64,000 nucleotides of DNA from Dudresnaya verticillata (Eukaryota). The position numbers and the translations under genes were made by a program. Positions 62,245 to 64,000 of this stretch are shown in pieces (within the stretch, counting starts at the first letter, position 1; every line of letters starts with the position of its first letter). A model generated the notes under the pieces. The model did not search any database. It saw nothing but the letters and a program-made list of their open reading frames with translations, and was not told the origin of the DNA. The stretch is from positions 558,001 through 622,000 of the forward strand of contig OZ374566.1 in the NCBI GenBank assembly GCA_977862235.1. The letters run 5' to 3'.

Positions 62245-64000
62245 CCGATCCTGTTCTTGTGTTCTACTCTCGCAAAGTTCTGACCAAGCATTCGCAGCGT
62301 ATTTATTATCTATCCTGATTCATCCATTTGTGGGCAGAATGCGAATCAACTGGAAAAACATAGAGCTGGACAAACTGCTCGAAGAGGGCACTAGGGTGTC
62401 AATCCAAGCCCCAGAGAGAACTTCTACTAGGCAGGTGTGTATGTGCAAATACAAACGGCTAGTATCGTCATCAAACGAGACTACTATTTGGAACGCTCTC
62501 CACGGGCGAGGGCCTGGAAAATTGAAAAAGCCGTAATTGTCTGTAGGCGATCCATCACTTAGACGATTGTTCCTCCAAGCCCGAAGGTATTTTTTTTTTT
62601 TTGTTCGAAGTCCGATTGCCTCAACCCAAGTTGCTCGTTGTTGGTACATTAAAAACATTCTCACTCCTAAAAGGGTTGTAAGAGTTGAGAAGGGATGGGT
62701 TGCTAATGTGGATACGTGGCACAATCCTTGCTACCATCTATTGTAGCACCTTAAACTTCGTGGTTCTGAGATTGAGGGGGAAAAAAAGAATTAACGGAGT
62801 TCCAGGATTCAAACACTACCATTTATGCGAAAGACACTTTGAACACGAATGGGAATAAGATCCTAATAATATTATCGCTTGTCTGATGTTGCTTTTTGAG
62901 GGGCGAAGAGATTTTTAATGGAAAGGCGCTTGTCGGCAGGAGAAGGCGTCGAGATCTATACTATTCATGAGCTGAAAGGGTTGCTGTAGATGTAGCGCCA
63001 TGCGCAGTGTCTATGGCTAAAAACTACCATATGCAAGGAGCCTTTGGCCCGTGTAACTTGCCCTGCAAGAGGAGTCTTTGCACTTTCAAATGCCTACAAG
63101 ATAATTTGTTGTGTTGTGTTCTTTACCTTCACTTCATCTTGTGTTGAAACCGGTGAGCTAATTGTCTATTACAATTGCCAGATTGCATGATTACAAAGCA
63201 CCACAACACAGTAGACAAGCTCTATAGGGACTTCCTATGTTTCTTCCACAATGAATTGCACTGACGTGTGCAACTCGGGCACCAATATGGGAACCTTCAA
63301 AGGTTCCTTTGCCCACAACTACGCTCTATGCGAGAGGAGAGAAAAGTAAAGGCATCGTGCTACGAAGTACCAACGTCAACGCGAGGTTCCTGCAGTTTTT
63401 GTTACACCCAGAGTTGCTATAGTACGCACTTCGACCTCCACAGTTGTGACGAATTATGATTGATGTTCATGAAAGAAAGGTGATGGGCGATTGTAAAGAA
63501 AATAAATCAATTCCGTTGCTCAGACAGGACAGTCATGCAAGCGAGATGGACGTTAGAGATGGTGTTTTTTGAAAGCGAGCGCTAGTTTTGAGTTGTAAGT
63601 TTGGCACAAAATGAGATTAGAGAGGCACTGAAAGGTTCGGTACTGGATGCTACGGGATGGAGGGGTAGATTACCAAGGAATGCGACAGCATGAAAACCTT
63701 TCCTGAAGGTAAGGGGCTTCAAGAAAGAAACACGGCTTTAGAAAGATAGCAAGGTTTGTATCATCGCTTCACGCTGAAAAGAGATGGCGTCGGCGACTGA
63801 TGACGGTGGGACAAGTCGGCTGAATGAAGTGCAGTGCAAAGTTTTGTCTCAATCAACAAAGTCGTGGGGTCTCGTCGGAAGATACGTAAGCGATGCAGAG
63901 GATTACAGAGGAGCAGAGTGGGCAAGGATCAAAAACGTCGAGGTTATGTGTCCAAGCGTTGGTATAACAAGCGTATTTTTGAATCTGTGCAACGAGAAGG

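Noticed and set aside
62300..64000. Purine-skewed, stop-riddled tail of the window, possibly a decayed retroelement
   Set aside because: No diagnostic gag/pol or transposase motif could be read; left unannotated
1..64000. CRISPR arrays, rRNA genes or prokaryotic operons
   Set aside because: No regularly spaced repeats or rRNA signatures seen; spliceosomal introns and gene content show eukaryotic nuclear DNA

Overview
Eukaryotic nuclear DNA. It is compact and intron-poor, with short GT-AG introns and several plastid-targeted genes; it is most consistent with a florideophyte red alga (Chondrus/Gracilaria-like), which is my inference rather than a search result. About 25 protein genes are supportable: a 6-exon cyclophilin, VPS2, a Pro-rich PPxY protein with a KA1-like tail, a UvrD/Srs2 helicase, an RluA pseudouridine synthase, a pentapeptide-repeat protein, Tic22, a ChaN-like protein, ATP-citrate lyase B, a shikimate-kinase-like protein, an F-box/LRR protein, two Regnase/NYN proteins, P5CR, a MIR-less PMT, BIN4, a cis-prenyltransferase, an inverted pair of unknown membrane-protein paralogs, and several hypotheticals. 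There is one tRNA-Glu(UUC). A debris patch at 51-54.6 kb holds a CRE-like non-LTR 3' fragment, a piggyBac-like Cys-rich-domain ORF and a GH16 fragment. Most notable: (1) a UIM-bearing, apparently active NYN RNase near a paralog that has lost catalytic aspartates; (2) an unexplained ~305-nt closed multi-hairpin element at 1648-1952; (3) intergenic enrichment and concatemers of TACAGTA/TACTGTA, which match Tc1/mariner-type excision footprints; (4) a ~92-nt fold-back with a duplicated arm at 5676-5789. All alignments and counts were done by eye; no searches were run.
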